Of a stretch of 64,000 nucleotides of DNA, positions 1-14,109 are shown one piece after another. The stretch is from the human T2T-CHM13v2.0 reference genome, Homo sapiens. Positions within the stretch are counted from its first letter, which is position 1. Every line of letters begins with the position of its first letter. The position numbers and the translations under genes are program-made. Below the pieces are notes generated by a model. That model had not been told where the DNA came from, did not search any database, and was given only the letters and a program-made list of their open reading frames with translations. The DNA lies in assembly GCF_009914755.1 (NCBI RefSeq), contig NC_060939.1. The stretch is one strand, 5' to 3'.

Positions 1-434
1 CAAATACAGTATTTTTATGGTACAATCCAGATTCCAGAGACAGAAATAATCCTGACTAATAAGGGAGAGATTATCTCTAAGCCATAAAATAAAAAACAAA
101 AAGGGATTGTGTCCACAAACTACTGGCATAAAAGAGGAAGTAGCCAAAAGGCATTTGTACCGCTCAGAAAATATGTGAATTACCCATGTTCATGCAAAGA
201 ACCCAAAAGAATGCATGTATGGGACCTGGAGATTAGACATCTGGTACCTCACTGATACCAGGAAGAACCCCTGGTAGTTCCTCAGTATCAGCTGACTGTT
301 GCCTGGTGCAGAGTCCACAGCTTTCCAGGATAGGGGCAATGGAAAGACGACAGTGCTCTTCTACGAACGCTGCTGAGGAAGCCTCAATCACAGAAGAGGC
401 TTTGCAGAGTGTGTCAATCAATACTGACTACACT

Positions 435-464
435 CATCATCACCACCACCACCACCACCATCAT
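435..464 (+). repeat. (CAY)10 trinucleotide repeat
   Basis: catcat(cac)6catcat. Confidence 0.9.
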
Positions 465-550
465 CTTAACGTTCTCCTGAGCCTCAGCTCCCAGACTTGA
501 GCAGAAAACGTGTATGAGGAGGCAAAGAGCAGAGGGCACATATCCCCCAA

Positions 551-780
551 CATTCATTCATTCATTCATTCAACTAATTTTTGTTAAAGTCCTTCTGTGC
601 TTCAGGCAATAATGTTATTGAGCCAGGGCTACAGACATGAGTAAGCAAAGACCCTCCCATCATCGAGTAAGTTTGTATGTTAGTTGTGGAGAGAGAGGCA
701 GGAACAAGCAGACAATAAACTTGTAAACTGATGACACAATTTCAGGAGGTGATCATCAAATACTATGACAAAAACAATGA
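551..780 (-). mobile_element. L2 3' end fragment
   Basis: (CATT)n tail followed by degenerate L2 3' sequence. Confidence 0.6.
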
Positions 781-1024
781 ACAATAGAGCAAGAGCACCT
801 TGCCTGCCAAGACTCCCTCAGGAAGCCTTCTTGCTTGATTTTCCAGGTTAATGCAGTATCAAGATTACCCTACTTGGTGAGACCAGTGGGAATACGTGTC
901 CCCTAGGGGTGCTCGTTTCCTGGGTGCCCAAAAGAATCCTTTGGGCTATGAGAAATAAAAAAGAACTTCATGTATATTTTAACTAAAAATGTTAAAGTTA
1001 CTAACATTTAATTACTATACACAA

Positions 1025-1044
1025 TATATGTATATGTATATGTG

Positions 1045-1081
<37 letters not shown>
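1025..1081. repeat. (TA)n(CA)n microsatellite
   Basis: Seen directly. Confidence 0.9.
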
Positions 1082-1083
<2 letters not shown>

Positions 1084-1225
1084 ATAGCAAAGACAATATA
1101 ATATCTATATTATCTATAGTAAAAACATATAGTACACACATGCATATATGTGTATACACACATATAAATATTAACAGTAAAGACAATCTATGCATTGTCT
1201 ATATGTATACACACATATAGATTAA

Positions 1226-1390
<165 letters not shown>

Positions 1391-1579
1391 TGAGGAACAT
1401 GCTCATAAACTTTGAAAACTGTGGACTAAACACTTATGGACAAAGGAGCTCATCTGTGCCTCCTCCTTTTAGATCTCATGTCACTAAGACTTGGGCACAT
1501 AATGGAGAACATATAACTTTCTATGTCATAGATTCTCTGGGTCATACAGTGACACCAGATAATGGTATTGCCTCCTTCC

Positions 1580-1720
1580 ATCTCCAGGCGCTATGCTGAA
1601 CACTATATCATCTCAGGCAGTCCTTAAAAAATCCAATGAGCTGTGACTATTTCAGCACCATTTTACAGATGAGGAAACTGAGGCTTTGAACAGTTGTGAG
1701 GGTTGCCCATAAAAGCAAGT
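1580..1720 (-). mobile_element. MIR
   Basis: MIR core cattttacagatgaggaaactgaggc. Confidence 0.75.
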
Positions 1721-4700
1721 ATTGTACAATCCTGTGTTCTCCCAAATGGTGTTTCGTGAGCAACGAGTCAGAAACTAGGAAGTCTCTAGACTGCCTTTTG
1801 GTTAATGGACTCACTGGCCCTCATCCGACATCCTTCACTCTGGTGAAGAACAGAACCTCTCTAAACTAAAGCACAGTGAAGAGCTCACATTAATTCAATC
1901 AGCTGGAGCAGTCACTTCCAGTCCTTTCAATCTAGGGAGAACATTGCTGGGCTTGTCTAGGGAGCTCATTTTCCATCTAGACCCCAGGAACAGAGATAGT
2001 GGCCAGGAAAGCTTTCAGGCCTCTGTCTCCCCACAAAGCAAATCTGCCTGACAGCATCACAAACTTTGTTCTCTTTTCTACCTTCCAGCCTTAATTTAGG
2101 GTTCCAGTGTCTGAAAGACAGTTCTAGAGCTAGTAAATGGCCTAGGAATAGTAATTTATCTACAAAGAACTAATTTTGGATAATTATCAGGGGAACAAAT
2201 TAAATTTCCCTCTGAGATTAATTTAATCACACTAATTTTTTTTTCTCCAGGGTGTTTAGACGTATATAACATTTTAAGTAGTTGCAGTAAAATGTTTACT
2301 TTCTTTTTGTGACATCTAAAAAGGGACTGAAAATACAGACAGAAAGAGAGAGAGAGAGAAAAAGACCTAGCATATGCCTTCTCCAGAGAGATAAGAAGAA
2401 GGCATACAAAAGAGCAAAAGAAAAGAAAGCAAAGATTGTATTTCAGTGGGACTTTCCTGGGGCATCCCTAATGATCTGTTTGCCTCCTATCTCTGCTGGC
2501 TAGAGCTCATCTATGCCTCCTCCTTTTAAATCAACTGGGGATCTAGGGAGTCAGCCCTCAGCTTTGGCCCACGAATTCGTCTTATCCTGAGCTTTAGGGA
2601 TCTTGTATGATCAGAGTGGGCATTTCTTTGAGTTGAGGTGGGGGCTGGCTTGTTCAAGCCCATTTCCTGAACTACAACTTTGGACAACTTAGTGCAGATG
2701 GACTGCTTTGTTTATTTGGTCTGAAAATTAGACCATGTTCACACTGCTGTGTAGTCTGGGAACTAGGCCAAATTTCAAGACCTCAGTGTTTACAACAATA
2801 AGAAAGACACAATGGAAAAGTCCAGTTAATGTGGAAAGGCACCCATAAAGAATTTTCCAAAGGGCCAAAGAGTTATAATAGCACACGATACACAGTCTAA
2901 TCCTTCCTAGCACTCTACTTCTTATACTAGAGTTCTACATAAATAACACCACCTCAGGGGTAGCCATGCAATTTTCTCCTGAACCTCTAAGGATCAGATG
3001 GAAAGTACATGCAGTTGTCAGCACCCTCTGCCATGCCCAGGGGGTACTGGAGCAACTGGGACCCTGATCCACTCATGAAGGTGTTCTCCTGCAACAGTCC
3101 TAGCCTTTCCTGGTCTCCAGCCCCTTCACAGCCAGGTTGGGGAGTAAATCTATATTCAAACAAACCCACAACACCTGGCTTTGTGGTTTTTTTTTTGTTG
3201 AGTGGCTTTTGTTTGGGAGTAGAGGTGTTGAGAGGGAGAGAATAGAAGACCAGGAAATACAGAAGGAAAATTCTCCACATGGGGCAGGTAGGGGAGGGCA
3301 GGGAAAAAAAAAAGAGTTTTAAAGCATCTTCTATCATTAAAACACATCAATAATAATTTATGAATAAAGTGCCAATCTTTAATTTTTGTGATTATATCAT
3401 GCACAACGGGTTTGAGGAATTTTCACCAAATTTGAGGTTATGCTTGAGATAGTCTGAGTTAAATAAAGACTATCATAAATTTGCTTTGGGGGACTGACAA
3501 TGGAGTTCCCTGATTACATATACAAAAATAGGCATTTGCCTTCTGTAGGAGCCAACAAGGAGATTCAATAAGAAGCCCATGTGGATGCTGAGCAGAGCAA
3601 GAGCTGCACGGTGAGAAGATGCACAGCGAGTCTCCAATCAAAACTCACTAGGCCAGATCCTCTAAGTCACTGAACTGATTTGCAACTGAGCCACTTCTAC
3701 GGGAACAATTCTAAGTACCAGGCTTCAGGTCAAATAACAGTGTGACTTAGTTGTTTAATAGTTAATGATCCACCAGAGCATCACTAGGAAGGCCAGCTAG
3801 GAATAACTGTTAACGTACAAAACTGTGAAATAAAGCAAACTAGATCCTTTCCCCTGTTCCTTGAATGAATGAATGAATGAACAAATGAATGAATGAATCA
3901 AGGGCTCTGGCTGCAGTTCCTGAACCTCCTCCACCATCTCATTTCACTGCCTTCATAATCCTCTTCCCTAGTGCATTCCTCATCCATGTTCCTTTTCCCG
4001 ATTCACTCCATCTGGCATAAGGGTTAGAAAACAAAGTTCATCCAGACACTTATGCAAGTGTGTCAGTTATTCAGGAGGAAGAAGCCAGAGAAGTCAGAGG
4101 GTTTGGAGGAACAAAATCAGGAGGCTTGTCAGAGGAATAGACAACTGTGCCCAGTATCCCTCCCTCTGAGGGTGACCAGGGGTGCTATCAATGAGACAAG
4201 GGACTTGAAGGGCTGGAGGAGGCAAAACCTAGGGGTCTGTGGCCTGAGCCCTTTTTTAGAAACTGGTTTTCCCCAAATGGTTAATATTTCTTGGTATATA
4301 ACTCCACAAGATGTCAAGCCTGCTTTAGATATTCTCTTCCCACAATTGTCATTTCCAGTACTGTAAAATGAGTTGCCTATACCCTCAGTAAGGAAACTGA
4401 AACCCAGAAAGGCTAAAAGGCACTTGCCTCGGCCGAGCCAGAGCCATGACCCACAGCGTCCCCTGGGTTTCTAGGAAATTTTCTGATTCCAGAACTAAAG
4501 AAAAGCTGCCACTAGGAAGGAAGGAGGGCAGGCAGACATGCCGTACTGAAGGGAACTACTTATGTGACAAGACAGATCACCTCAAGCCTTAAACTTAATA
4601 CACGCAGGTTAAGAACAAAGACCTTCCTCACAAACCTGGTTTCAGGAAAGCTTCAAGAACTTCTTGAAGACATTTTTCCCAAAAAATCTACTCATATTCA

Positions 4701-4784
4701 CCACAACGAAACAACAATCCAATTAAATAATACTTGAGTGAGTGCAATTTTCCCAAGAGATATTTAGAAAAAAGTGAGGGCTTA

Positions 4785-4960
4785 GAGTCCTGAATCTGAA
4801 AAGTGATTCCATGTTTTATCAACTAAGTGACCTTTCTCTTAATTCCTCCAATCCTTCATTTCCCCCATGTAAATTTGCATGGGAATACCTGCCATGCAGA
4901 GTTGTTGTGAAGATTAAATGAGATAATACATGTAAAGTGCTTAGCATTGTGCTTGACAAT
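4785..4960 (+). mobile_element. MIR
   Basis: gttgtgaagattaaatgagataatacatgtaaagtgcttagc. Confidence 0.75.
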
Positions 4961-5054
4961 TAAATACTTTCCCCGCCCCGCCCCCACCACCACCTCTTTG
5001 CTTTTGCCAAAATCTTCCAGGCACTACTAACTAAAATAAGAGAGAATCAGTTCA

Positions 5055-5220
5055 GAACTTCTGAAACTCAAATATGTATATGAATCATTTTGGTTTTTGT
5101 TAAAATGCAGTGATACACCTGGAGTTTTGTGGTGGGGCCCGAGAGTCTGCATTTCTAACAAGCTCCAGGTGAGGCCAATGATGCTGGTCTGTCTGTGGAC
5201 CACACTTCAAGAAGCAGAGT
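5055..5220. mobile_element. MER5-type hAT-Charlie MITE
   Basis: ggtggggcccgagagtctgcatttctaacaagctccaggtga...ggaccacactt. Confidence 0.7.
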
Positions 5221-6458
5221 ATTAAAGAGCTCTAAGAGTTTTGATAGGCACAAATTGCTGTGATATAGGAAAGGTTGCATGCAGCTTTTTCAAAAGTTGA
5301 TATAAGTTAAATTAGTACAAATCCAAGGGAGTCCCATTTGTGCACTAGAGACTATGAACTTTAGGAGGTACTGGATTCCCCCAGTAGGTCGTGGAGTTGA
5401 ATCAATGTCACAGATGAAACACGGAAATGCCTTACTCCGAGATTTAGGCTAGAAGTACAATGTGCCCTTTTGACTCAGCTGAAGATATTTTTCTGGACTT
5501 CGTTTTCAATCCTTTAAGAGAAGTATATTGGATAAAAAAAAAATCAGTGAAAAATCAGATTTTTTTCCCTCCACTTTCAATTTAAGCTCTGGCAAATAAA
5601 AAGATCAGATCAAGCATCAAATTGGAAAATAAAGGAATCATGGAGGAAATTCCACAGGAATGTGGAAGCAAGAAGGAGCATAACAGGCTGAGGAAAAGGA
5701 ATAGGGATCAAAGATATTCTTATTTTTAAAAAATGTACATCCCAAAGTACACAGGCATCATTTCCACAGGCAATAGCATATAGGCCCTGAACGGTTTCAG
5801 GAATTTAGTAATAACTATTTGTTGATAAAACATAAATTCATAACTATTCCAATGTCAAAATATCTGATTGATTTTAATAAGCCTATATAAAACTCACATT
5901 TGAATTAAAGAAACAAAAAAAATTAACTGCTTTTCATATTTAAAGCATTCAATTCCAGTATACCCTGGAAGTACTTTTCAGTGAGCTCATCATCTTCAGT
6001 CAGTTTAGGTTTAGATCTACTTAACATGTGACTGGCACTTGGCTTTTTGAGTAGCCAAATGGTTCCCCAAATCCAGACAGGGATTCAAAGTATAGTGCAA
6101 GTTGGGAAGTTTTCAAGCCAAGTCAGGTCATTTTTACACTACATAAATGAAACATGGTATTTTACCATTCTTTCATTCTCTTTGAAAGACATTACCAATA
6201 TGAACAACTTTAAGAAAAGAAATGCATTTATCTCTTCCTAGAAAATTATCTTCCTTACTCAGATACAGTGAAAATGTTTATTATAAGCTAACACTATTCA
6301 TTTTCATACTTAACTTTGTAATGTCTAATACTGTTATTTCATTTATGCATGTGAAATAATCTCAAAATTCCAAGAGTTCCTGAAGGGCTGAGACCTTATA
6401 CGTTTTTAAGTGTCTAGAGCATTTAACAAAGTGATAAGCAAGAATTACTCAATACATG

Positions 6459-6870
6459 TGATATAGTTTGGATGTGTGTCCCCACCCAAGTCTCATATTG
6501 AAATGTAATCTCCAGTGTTGGAGGTGGGGCCTAGTGGGAGGTGATTGGATCATGAGGGCAGTTTCTAAGGGATGGCTTATCACCATCCCCCTTGGTACTG
6601 TCCTTACAATAGTGAGTTCTAGTGAGATCTTGTCATTTAGAAGTGTATGTCACCTTCCCACTCACTCTCTTGCTCCTGCTTTCACCATGTGATGTGCCTG
6701 TTCCCCCTTCACCTTCTACTATGATTGGAGGCTTCCTGAAGCCTCCCCAGAAGCAGATGCTGCTATGCTTCCTGTACAGCCTTGTAGAACCGAGCCAATT
6801 AATCCTCTTTTCTTATAAATTACCCAGTCTCAGGTACTTCTTTATGGCAATGCAAGAACAGTCCAAGACA
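6459..6870 (+). mobile_element. MaLR solo LTR (MSTA-like)
   Basis: TG...CA termini, MST-type sequence, perfect 5-bp TSD ACATG (6454-6458 / 6871-6875). Confidence 0.9.
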
Positions 6871-7449
6871 ACATGGCTGATAAACCCAATTGGAAAAAAT
6901 ACAAAATAATATATGAGAGGAAGACAATTCCACTTATGAGAAAATAACATGAGCTAATATAATTTTTCATAATTAATGATGCATCACAATAATTTTCAGT
7001 ACATAACCTATAGAACTTCTTTTGCCAGAGAAAGATAGGCATTAGCACAAATATAGATTTTTCACATTATTTAGCACAACATGCAGTTTATTAATTTTCT
7101 CATATCAGAGTACAAGGGAGAAAAAAAATCAAATATTCCTTTAGCTCATTTTCTCACCTAGAAAAGCATTTCTTTTTCTGCAAAGCATTGCAAAGAAGTT
7201 CAGCTCATTTGTGCTTCTAACCTCAAAATCGTCTTTCTTAGGACAATGGCGTTTTTGTGGTATTGAATCTACAAGAGTCTTTGAAATATCACACATGGTA
7301 CTAAGTGGTTTGCAAGAATCATAGGAATATGACTTGGGGAGGAATCTTCAAAGTTCAGTTATTCATTCTATCCTTCTGCTTCCATACATGTAGAAATAAT
7401 CTAAACCAGCACTATAATAGATGTCTTTAAAAAAAAAAAAAGCCTTTCT

Positions 7450-8460
7450 GCTTATTAAGACAGAGAGCAATATTACTACATAATTAAACAAAAATTGGGC
7501 TGCCAGCAAAGACAGTTCATTATAGAAATTGGAACTAGCTAAGTAAACAAAATGTAATGATTAATGGCCCAACAGCAACCTATAGGGAGGTCTCTAGTGA
7601 TAAGACGCATGGCCATGTTCTTCATTGTGTTGTGCTCAGTATTTTTATTATTAACTTAGATCAGTGATTAATCCAGGTTGCCCATTAGAATCACTAGGGG
7701 AGCTTTAAAAAAAAAAATGCCTGGACTCCACCCCTAAAGCTTCTGATTTCATTGGCCCATTTGTTTAACTATCAATGACAATACAGAGAGATGCTAAAGT
7801 CCACATAGATACAATAATAAAAGGAATAGTTTAATGACAGAGTAAGTGCCTATTATGTGCCAACAAGCCCTATGACAAGCAAGATATGGAGATAAATGTG
7901 ACACGGTTCTTGTCATTAACAATAAAAATAAAATTAATATGAGATTAATAGACTCAACAGTCACTGAAAAGATAGTACAGTCTTAGACTGTATTAATAAT
8001 CTTTCTCTACTTCAAGATGGTCAAATAAATTCTAGACTATTGTGTTTGACTTTGGAGGAACCCACTTGAAGAAGTTATAGAAAAACTGAGGCTCTTTGAA
8101 AAGAAAAGGAATAGCAGGTGATTTTCCTGGAGATCTGTTTATTTGATGAATTTGTGTTTGATATTTTAAACACAAATATCTGAAGTGTTGTTGCATGAAA
8201 CAGAAGACATGTTTGCTCTGCTTTGGTCTCTGAAGAAAAGCTAAAACAATGGAAAATAAAGCAAGAGAATATCAATTTGGCTCAATTGATGGAAAAATTA
8301 CCTAATGATTAAAACTACCCAAAGAAAGAAAAGGCTGTTTGGGGAGGTAATGAGGTCCCCTCTTCTAAAGGGATAAAAGCACAGACAGGACATGGAGTTG
8401 GTTAGAATTCTGTAAAGAGAGTTGAATGGAAAAGCTTTAAAGGATAATTCCACACTGAGA
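7450..8460 (+). mobile_element. Degenerate L3/CR1 fragments, interrupted by a MER5 piece (~7660-7760)
   Basis: CR1-like motifs (cagtatttttattattaactt; gaggtaatgaggtcccc); highly diverged. Confidence 0.45.
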
Positions 8461-8990
8461 TTCCACAGTGTATTGTACTGAAGCTAATTTCCTTGCAGTA
8501 CCTAAGAAATCAGGTTTTTCCTTTTGTATAAAAAAAGCCCTTCTTCCCTAAACTTTTGGACAATTGGTACACAATGATGTCACCATCTATAACTTACCTA
8601 GATGACACCTGAACAGCCACATCTGTAATGATGTGAACTGACAACCAAGGAGGACACATAAAACCCAGTACAATCAGGACTGCTAGAGACACCAAGTCAA
8701 GGGTATCAGGAGCTAGAGATTTAGATCAACAGTCTTGGCATGTGACTCTGATTGCTGTCCTCTGCTTAATTCCTCTGAGAACAGTCTCTCATTATTCAAG
8801 CAAAAACATCCTTACAAAACTGTATACACTTCCTCACAACTACAACACTACCTCCGTGCACACAGTCATGCAATAGACACAGATTTATTGACAAATATAT
8901 AGCCCAAGTCTTGGATCATTTTTAAAGAATTTTCAAGTTTAATGCCTAAGTAGCTTACTTTTGTAATAAACCTGCAAATTGTATACTTGA

Positions 8991-9410
8991 TGTATTAGTC
9001 TATTCTCATGCTACTATAACAAAATACCTGAGACTGGTAATTTATAAAGACAAGAGGTTTAATTAGCTCATGGTTCTGCAGGCTGTACACAAAGCATAGA
9101 GGCTTCTGCTTCTGAGGAAGCCTTAAGAAACTTGCAATCATGGCAGAAGGCAAAGGGGAAGCAGGCACATCTTACACGGTTGAAGCAGGAGCAAAAGGGA
9201 GAGGGAGGAGGTGCTACACACTTTTAAACAACCAGATCTCAGGATAACTCACTGTCACTATCATGAGAACAACACCGAGGGGATGGTGCTAACCCACTCA
9301 TAAGAACTTCACCCTCATAATCCAGTCACCTTCTACTATGCCCCACCTCCAACACTAGCGATGACAATTCGACATGAGATTTGGTGGGAACACAGATCCA
9401 AATCATATCA
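8991..9410 (-). mobile_element. MaLR solo LTR (MSTA-like) inserted in an old L1M 3' end (~8977-9586)
   Basis: tgtattagtc...catatca termini; near-TSD cttga/tttga; L1 3' UTR sequence resumes after the LTR. Confidence 0.85.
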
Positions 9411-11269
9411 TTTGATAATTGCTATGAGAGTAGATTTTAAGTGTTCTCATCATAAAAAAATGATAAGTTATGTGAGATAAGGCATATGTAAATCAGGTCG
9501 ATTTAGCCATTTTGTAATTTATACATATTTCAAAACATTATGTTGTGTACTATAAATATATACAATTTTTATTTGTCAAAAAAAAGAAACTACATAGAAA
9601 ATCAGGTGTAAAATGTGACAGTAATCTGGTACTAGTTTCATAATAGTGGACATGAAGTTAAGATCACCTTGGTACATAAATGATTTGATCTTTCAACAAC
9701 AAAATGTAAAACATGATTGTTACCATCTTTTAACAATAAGATTCCCAGAACCAGACCATTTGGTCCAGTAAAGAAGATTGCAAAACAAGATAAAAACCAC
9801 TTTGAGACCGTTGGGGTTAGTGGTTTTTTTCCGTTAACCTCTCAATTGTTACTAAACTTGCCCAATTTCATCCACACAGTTGATTTATTGATTATTTTCA
9901 TGAACCATTTGCCAACAAAGGAAACTCCATTTATAGTTCCTTCTTCACAAGTAACTTACTCTTCTTTCTATGTAATCTTTTCATTTCTCAATCTTAAATT
10001 TATTCCATTACAGCCAAGCTATAACAGAGCAAAATTCTGCCATCAAAAATTGCTTATTTTAACTCTTGTAATTCCAATTACATATTGCTTGCATACTTTT
10101 CAGTTTTGTACCATTGCAGTGAAGAAAGTAAAAATAAAAATAAATAAATAAGCCAAATCTGTTTTTTTAACTTAAAATTTACTTCTCAAAGCAGATGGAA
10201 TGGGAACTAGTTTATGAGGATGCTGAAATTATCTCAAGCCTGGAACAGGTAAATAACAAACAAATACCTCAGAGAACTTACCTAGATTCTTTAATTACTT
10301 TAATATGCCATTTTAGAACATTTAGGAATAGAAATTCAGAGGCCAGAAAAAAAAAAAAAAGATTAAAACAGGCAAACTAAATTAGGGAAACAAGAAACCA
10401 GACGAATGCTTAGCCAAAGAATAACACTATTTAAACAAATCAGATGTCAAAAAGATAAAAAATATTTATGTTTTTATACTCTTGAATCCAGAAAGAAAAT
10501 GAATTTGAGAGATATCCAAAAAATATATTTTCTCCTACAAGTAAATTATTTATAAAGAAAAAAATTAAAACCTTTGCCATGTCAAACTTAGAATAACATA
10601 CACAGATATTAACAGCACACAAAACAGAAGCCATTTTCAATGTTTGCTAAAAAGCCACTGTTACTATGGTGATGCCCCAATACAAAAAAGCAACAACTAA
10701 CAACCAGAAACCCATAACAAATGCAAGTTACTGGTGCTTTCCATGACTAATTCCAACGTGTCACACTGCTTGTCATCATCTGTACTCTTTAGTTGGTGCA
10801 TCTGGTCATCAGCCCCATAGGTGAGGATCTGCATCATGTGGGCAGTACAGCTATGCTGCTCAAGAAGAATAGAGACCCAAATGTCCCATCAGTCCGGGGA
10901 TGTGTTTCAACATGGTGACATCCCAAGAGTCTCCCAAAGAAAATATTTACGGAGTTTTACCTTTCCATGGATTTTAAACACATACTTAAAAAGCCAAAAT
11001 ATGTGAAAAGATTGATTTAAAAATGGTTGACCAAATTTCAGTCAGCCTGAAAGCTTTTATACTGTTTCTCTTCTCTTTATTGCAAGCTATTAATTGAATT
11101 AGCTCTACCCCACCCCCTCTTTCTTTTTTTTACAGTTTGTGGGGTTTTTTTCTGCCCTCCGACTTTTAAACCTCAACTTTCTTAAAAAATTAAAACGGCT
11201 TTCTTCAGGTCCTCCAGTTACTTCCTTCTATTAAAGATGTTTTCCCTTAGTTCTTAACCTCATAGGCAC

Positions 11270-12090
11270 CTACCATTAGACCAGTTCACCACTCCCTCTT
11301 TCCTGAGACGTTCCCTTCCTTAACACTTTCCTACACTGTCCTCTCTTCGTTCACTTCAATCCTTGCTGCCCTCTGTTCCTTCTTAAGTTCTTTCCCTCCC
11401 ACTCTCTAACAAACTGAGTTTCCACCCCATACCTCACATTTAGCAAGTTCCATCACTGCTTAACAAGCCTCACTTCTCTCCTAGCTCAAAGTTTCTCCTT
11501 CCAGCCGATATTCCTAAATCTACAGCTCCCACCACACCCAACTTACGTTCTGTGTTAACCTGGCCATTTCCGTTTGGGGATTTGGCCTATTTTATATGGA
11601 GGGCAAATAAAATCCCTTTTCACTTTGTGATTCCCCAGCTCCTGACAGCCAATTACCTCATGTTTAAACTCTCTTTTTAAATAGTCTGTTCTCACCTACC
11701 CAAACCATAATTCCTCATGACATACTGTCACTTCTCTTAGCCTGTAGTCTAAGGTCTGACTACAGGCTTTTGCTCCTGTCTCTCCTTGCTAACAGTGGTG
11801 GTACAAATAAACAAGGCAGGAATCATTTCCCACTTCCTCTGGCAAAACTTCCTCAAACACTTTCGTGTACTTTGAGCTCTCCTTTCCCTAGCATTTACAG
11901 GCCACATCACAAAATTAGAATTTCACAGCACCTTTTCATTCTTACCTATTATTAGTTTCATTCTAGTGTGCTGGGCTTCTCTTCCTGAGTAGACTATATC
12001 TGCTCCTTGAAGGTAGAAAGCAGAATTTGTACCCCCTTTCTTAATAGCTCCAGTAGCACTCAACACACTGCTAGTCTAAGCAGGCACGTC
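11270..12090 (+). mobile_element. L2 fragment
   Basis: CT-rich degenerate L2 sequence. Confidence 0.5.
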
Positions 12091-14109
12091 CTGTAGCATG
12101 CACTTTGGGGCCCACCTAAACATATTCTGCCTACACTAGCTTCTTCATGTATTGTTATCCCTTTGAGCTTTATATGCTTTTTGTACATTGCCGCAAATAC
12201 TGTTTGGAAAATAAATGAGGAAAAGGCAACAAACATACATGTTGCTAGGTATAGAGCAGGTATGTTGTGAATATTAAATTCTGAAAATTATTTTTATTTC
12301 TATTAAAGAAAAGGGGACAATGAATGGTCTATGCACCCCACACACAGGAACATGAAATTTTCCTGTTAAGCCAGTCTTTTCTCAGAGAAACACAGATACA
12401 TTATTATGATGTGGGCCTAAAGAGGCCCAGTGACCATCTCGGCTCACACACTGAGAATGATGGTGAACCATATTTTTCTACTCTACTCTCAACCACTTAG
12501 ATTCTGAGTTAAGAGGAGAGAGAAGTTTGCTGACTGTGGAAACGTACAAAGTCCTATTTAAATGGGCGGGAGGGAAATAAAAGGAGTTCATGTTGCAGGG
12601 AGCCTTAGTGGTGTGATTGTAGCACTGACTGCTGGGGGTTGGAGGTACTCAACCACATTGTTGCACTGAATGAACACTTTGGAAAATCCAAATGGGCATT
12701 GTTTTACCAACCACAAAAAATCATGGGAGCAGCAAATAGATTTCATCCAATAACTAGGATATCAACAAGGCATTTGCAGATTCTAGGAATAAACTACAGC
12801 ATTAGAATCATAATTTTTAGGTGGGACTCTTTCTTTCTAAGCATGTAAAACTACTGGTTAAATCTTCATCAATTTACATAAGCCTATGCACTTCCTAAAT
12901 GGGATCAATAACTCCACTCAGGAAAAAAATCCTTTAAAAACTGCCTACCTACCTTTGTGCATTAAATATATTCAGATAAAATTTATTAAGTGTTTTGGCT
13001 TTACTGAAGTTTCTGAGTTTGAGGCAGGGTAAGTTTCTCATCACTCAAATAAGTTAATCTCCCTTCTCAAATTCTGTTAAAGTTCAAGAGAATTGAATGG
13101 GGATAGATCATGCCTGGGCCTATGTGACAGAGAGTGAGAGAAGAAGAACCAACGAGAACCAGTGCTTTCCATCATCATCTTTTTGAACTTTTAAACAAAA
13201 TCAGAAAATAGCTATAATTAAGCTAACACTTTTTCTGATCTTTTAACATTAATACATTTTAATACAACTTCAACTGTTTTCACCACTTCTACCATTCACT
13301 CTGAAATCCTTTTAACAGGAATGAGTCTGGCTGTTTGGCTCACTCACAATTTTTCTTTTAACAATTATTAACATTAACATATTTTAAAACAACTGTTTTC
13401 TACTTCTATTATTCATTCCTATTATTAACCAAGAAAACATTGAACTCCCTTCTAATGAGAATAATTCTTCTAGCACTTGGCTCACTTTCCCTCCACTCTT
13501 CAATCCCATTTTGTCTTACACATTTTGGCAGTCTAAATCCCTCTTGTAATTTGACGTTTTTACCTTCCAGTTCTCACAATATCATGTCTAATTTACAAAC
13601 TAATTTGACTTAGAATCATTAACCTTATCTTTTATGTTCTAAACCTTTATTTCTCAAAAGTGCTTTTGATCATTTTTAAACCTGTGCGATGTCCTATAAT
13701 GTGATTTGCAGCTTTAGAGTTTGTTGATAAATGAAGGTTCTCGAGGTATTGAAGTATCTTCTGCCAGCCTTCCAGGAAAAAAGTTTGTCTGATCGGGCAT
13801 AATGTTTCTGGAAATCACACAATTTATCAGAGCTATCTGTAAATTTTTCTCCTAAATTCTTACCTATAAAAGCCCAGGGTAATATTTAAGGCCACTCTTA
13901 GCCTCAGATTGTAAAATTGTGTATCTCCTTTATCTACTTTTGTCTTTAGAATATAAGAACTTTACCAGTGGTTATATGAGGAAAGGCAAAGTGATTAGGG
14001 TTTGTTTTGTTGTTGTTGTTTGGTTGGTTGATTGGTTTTTTGTTTTATTTGTATTTTGTTTGTTTTCCAAGAATGCTCAAAAGAGCCACATGACATCATG
14101 AAAAAAAAT

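Noticed and set aside
306-500. ORF with a His10 tract
   Set aside because: The tract is a (CAY)n microsatellite on the antisense strand of an intron. The ORF is short, has no recognisable domain and has no splice support.
4971-4994. GC-box/G-quadruplex-like run
   Set aside because: Isolated, with only three long G-tracts and no CpG island or promoter context.
9717-10151. 144-aa ORF on the + strand
   Set aside because: Non-ATG start, antisense to ATP8B4, and no recognisable homology or splice signals.
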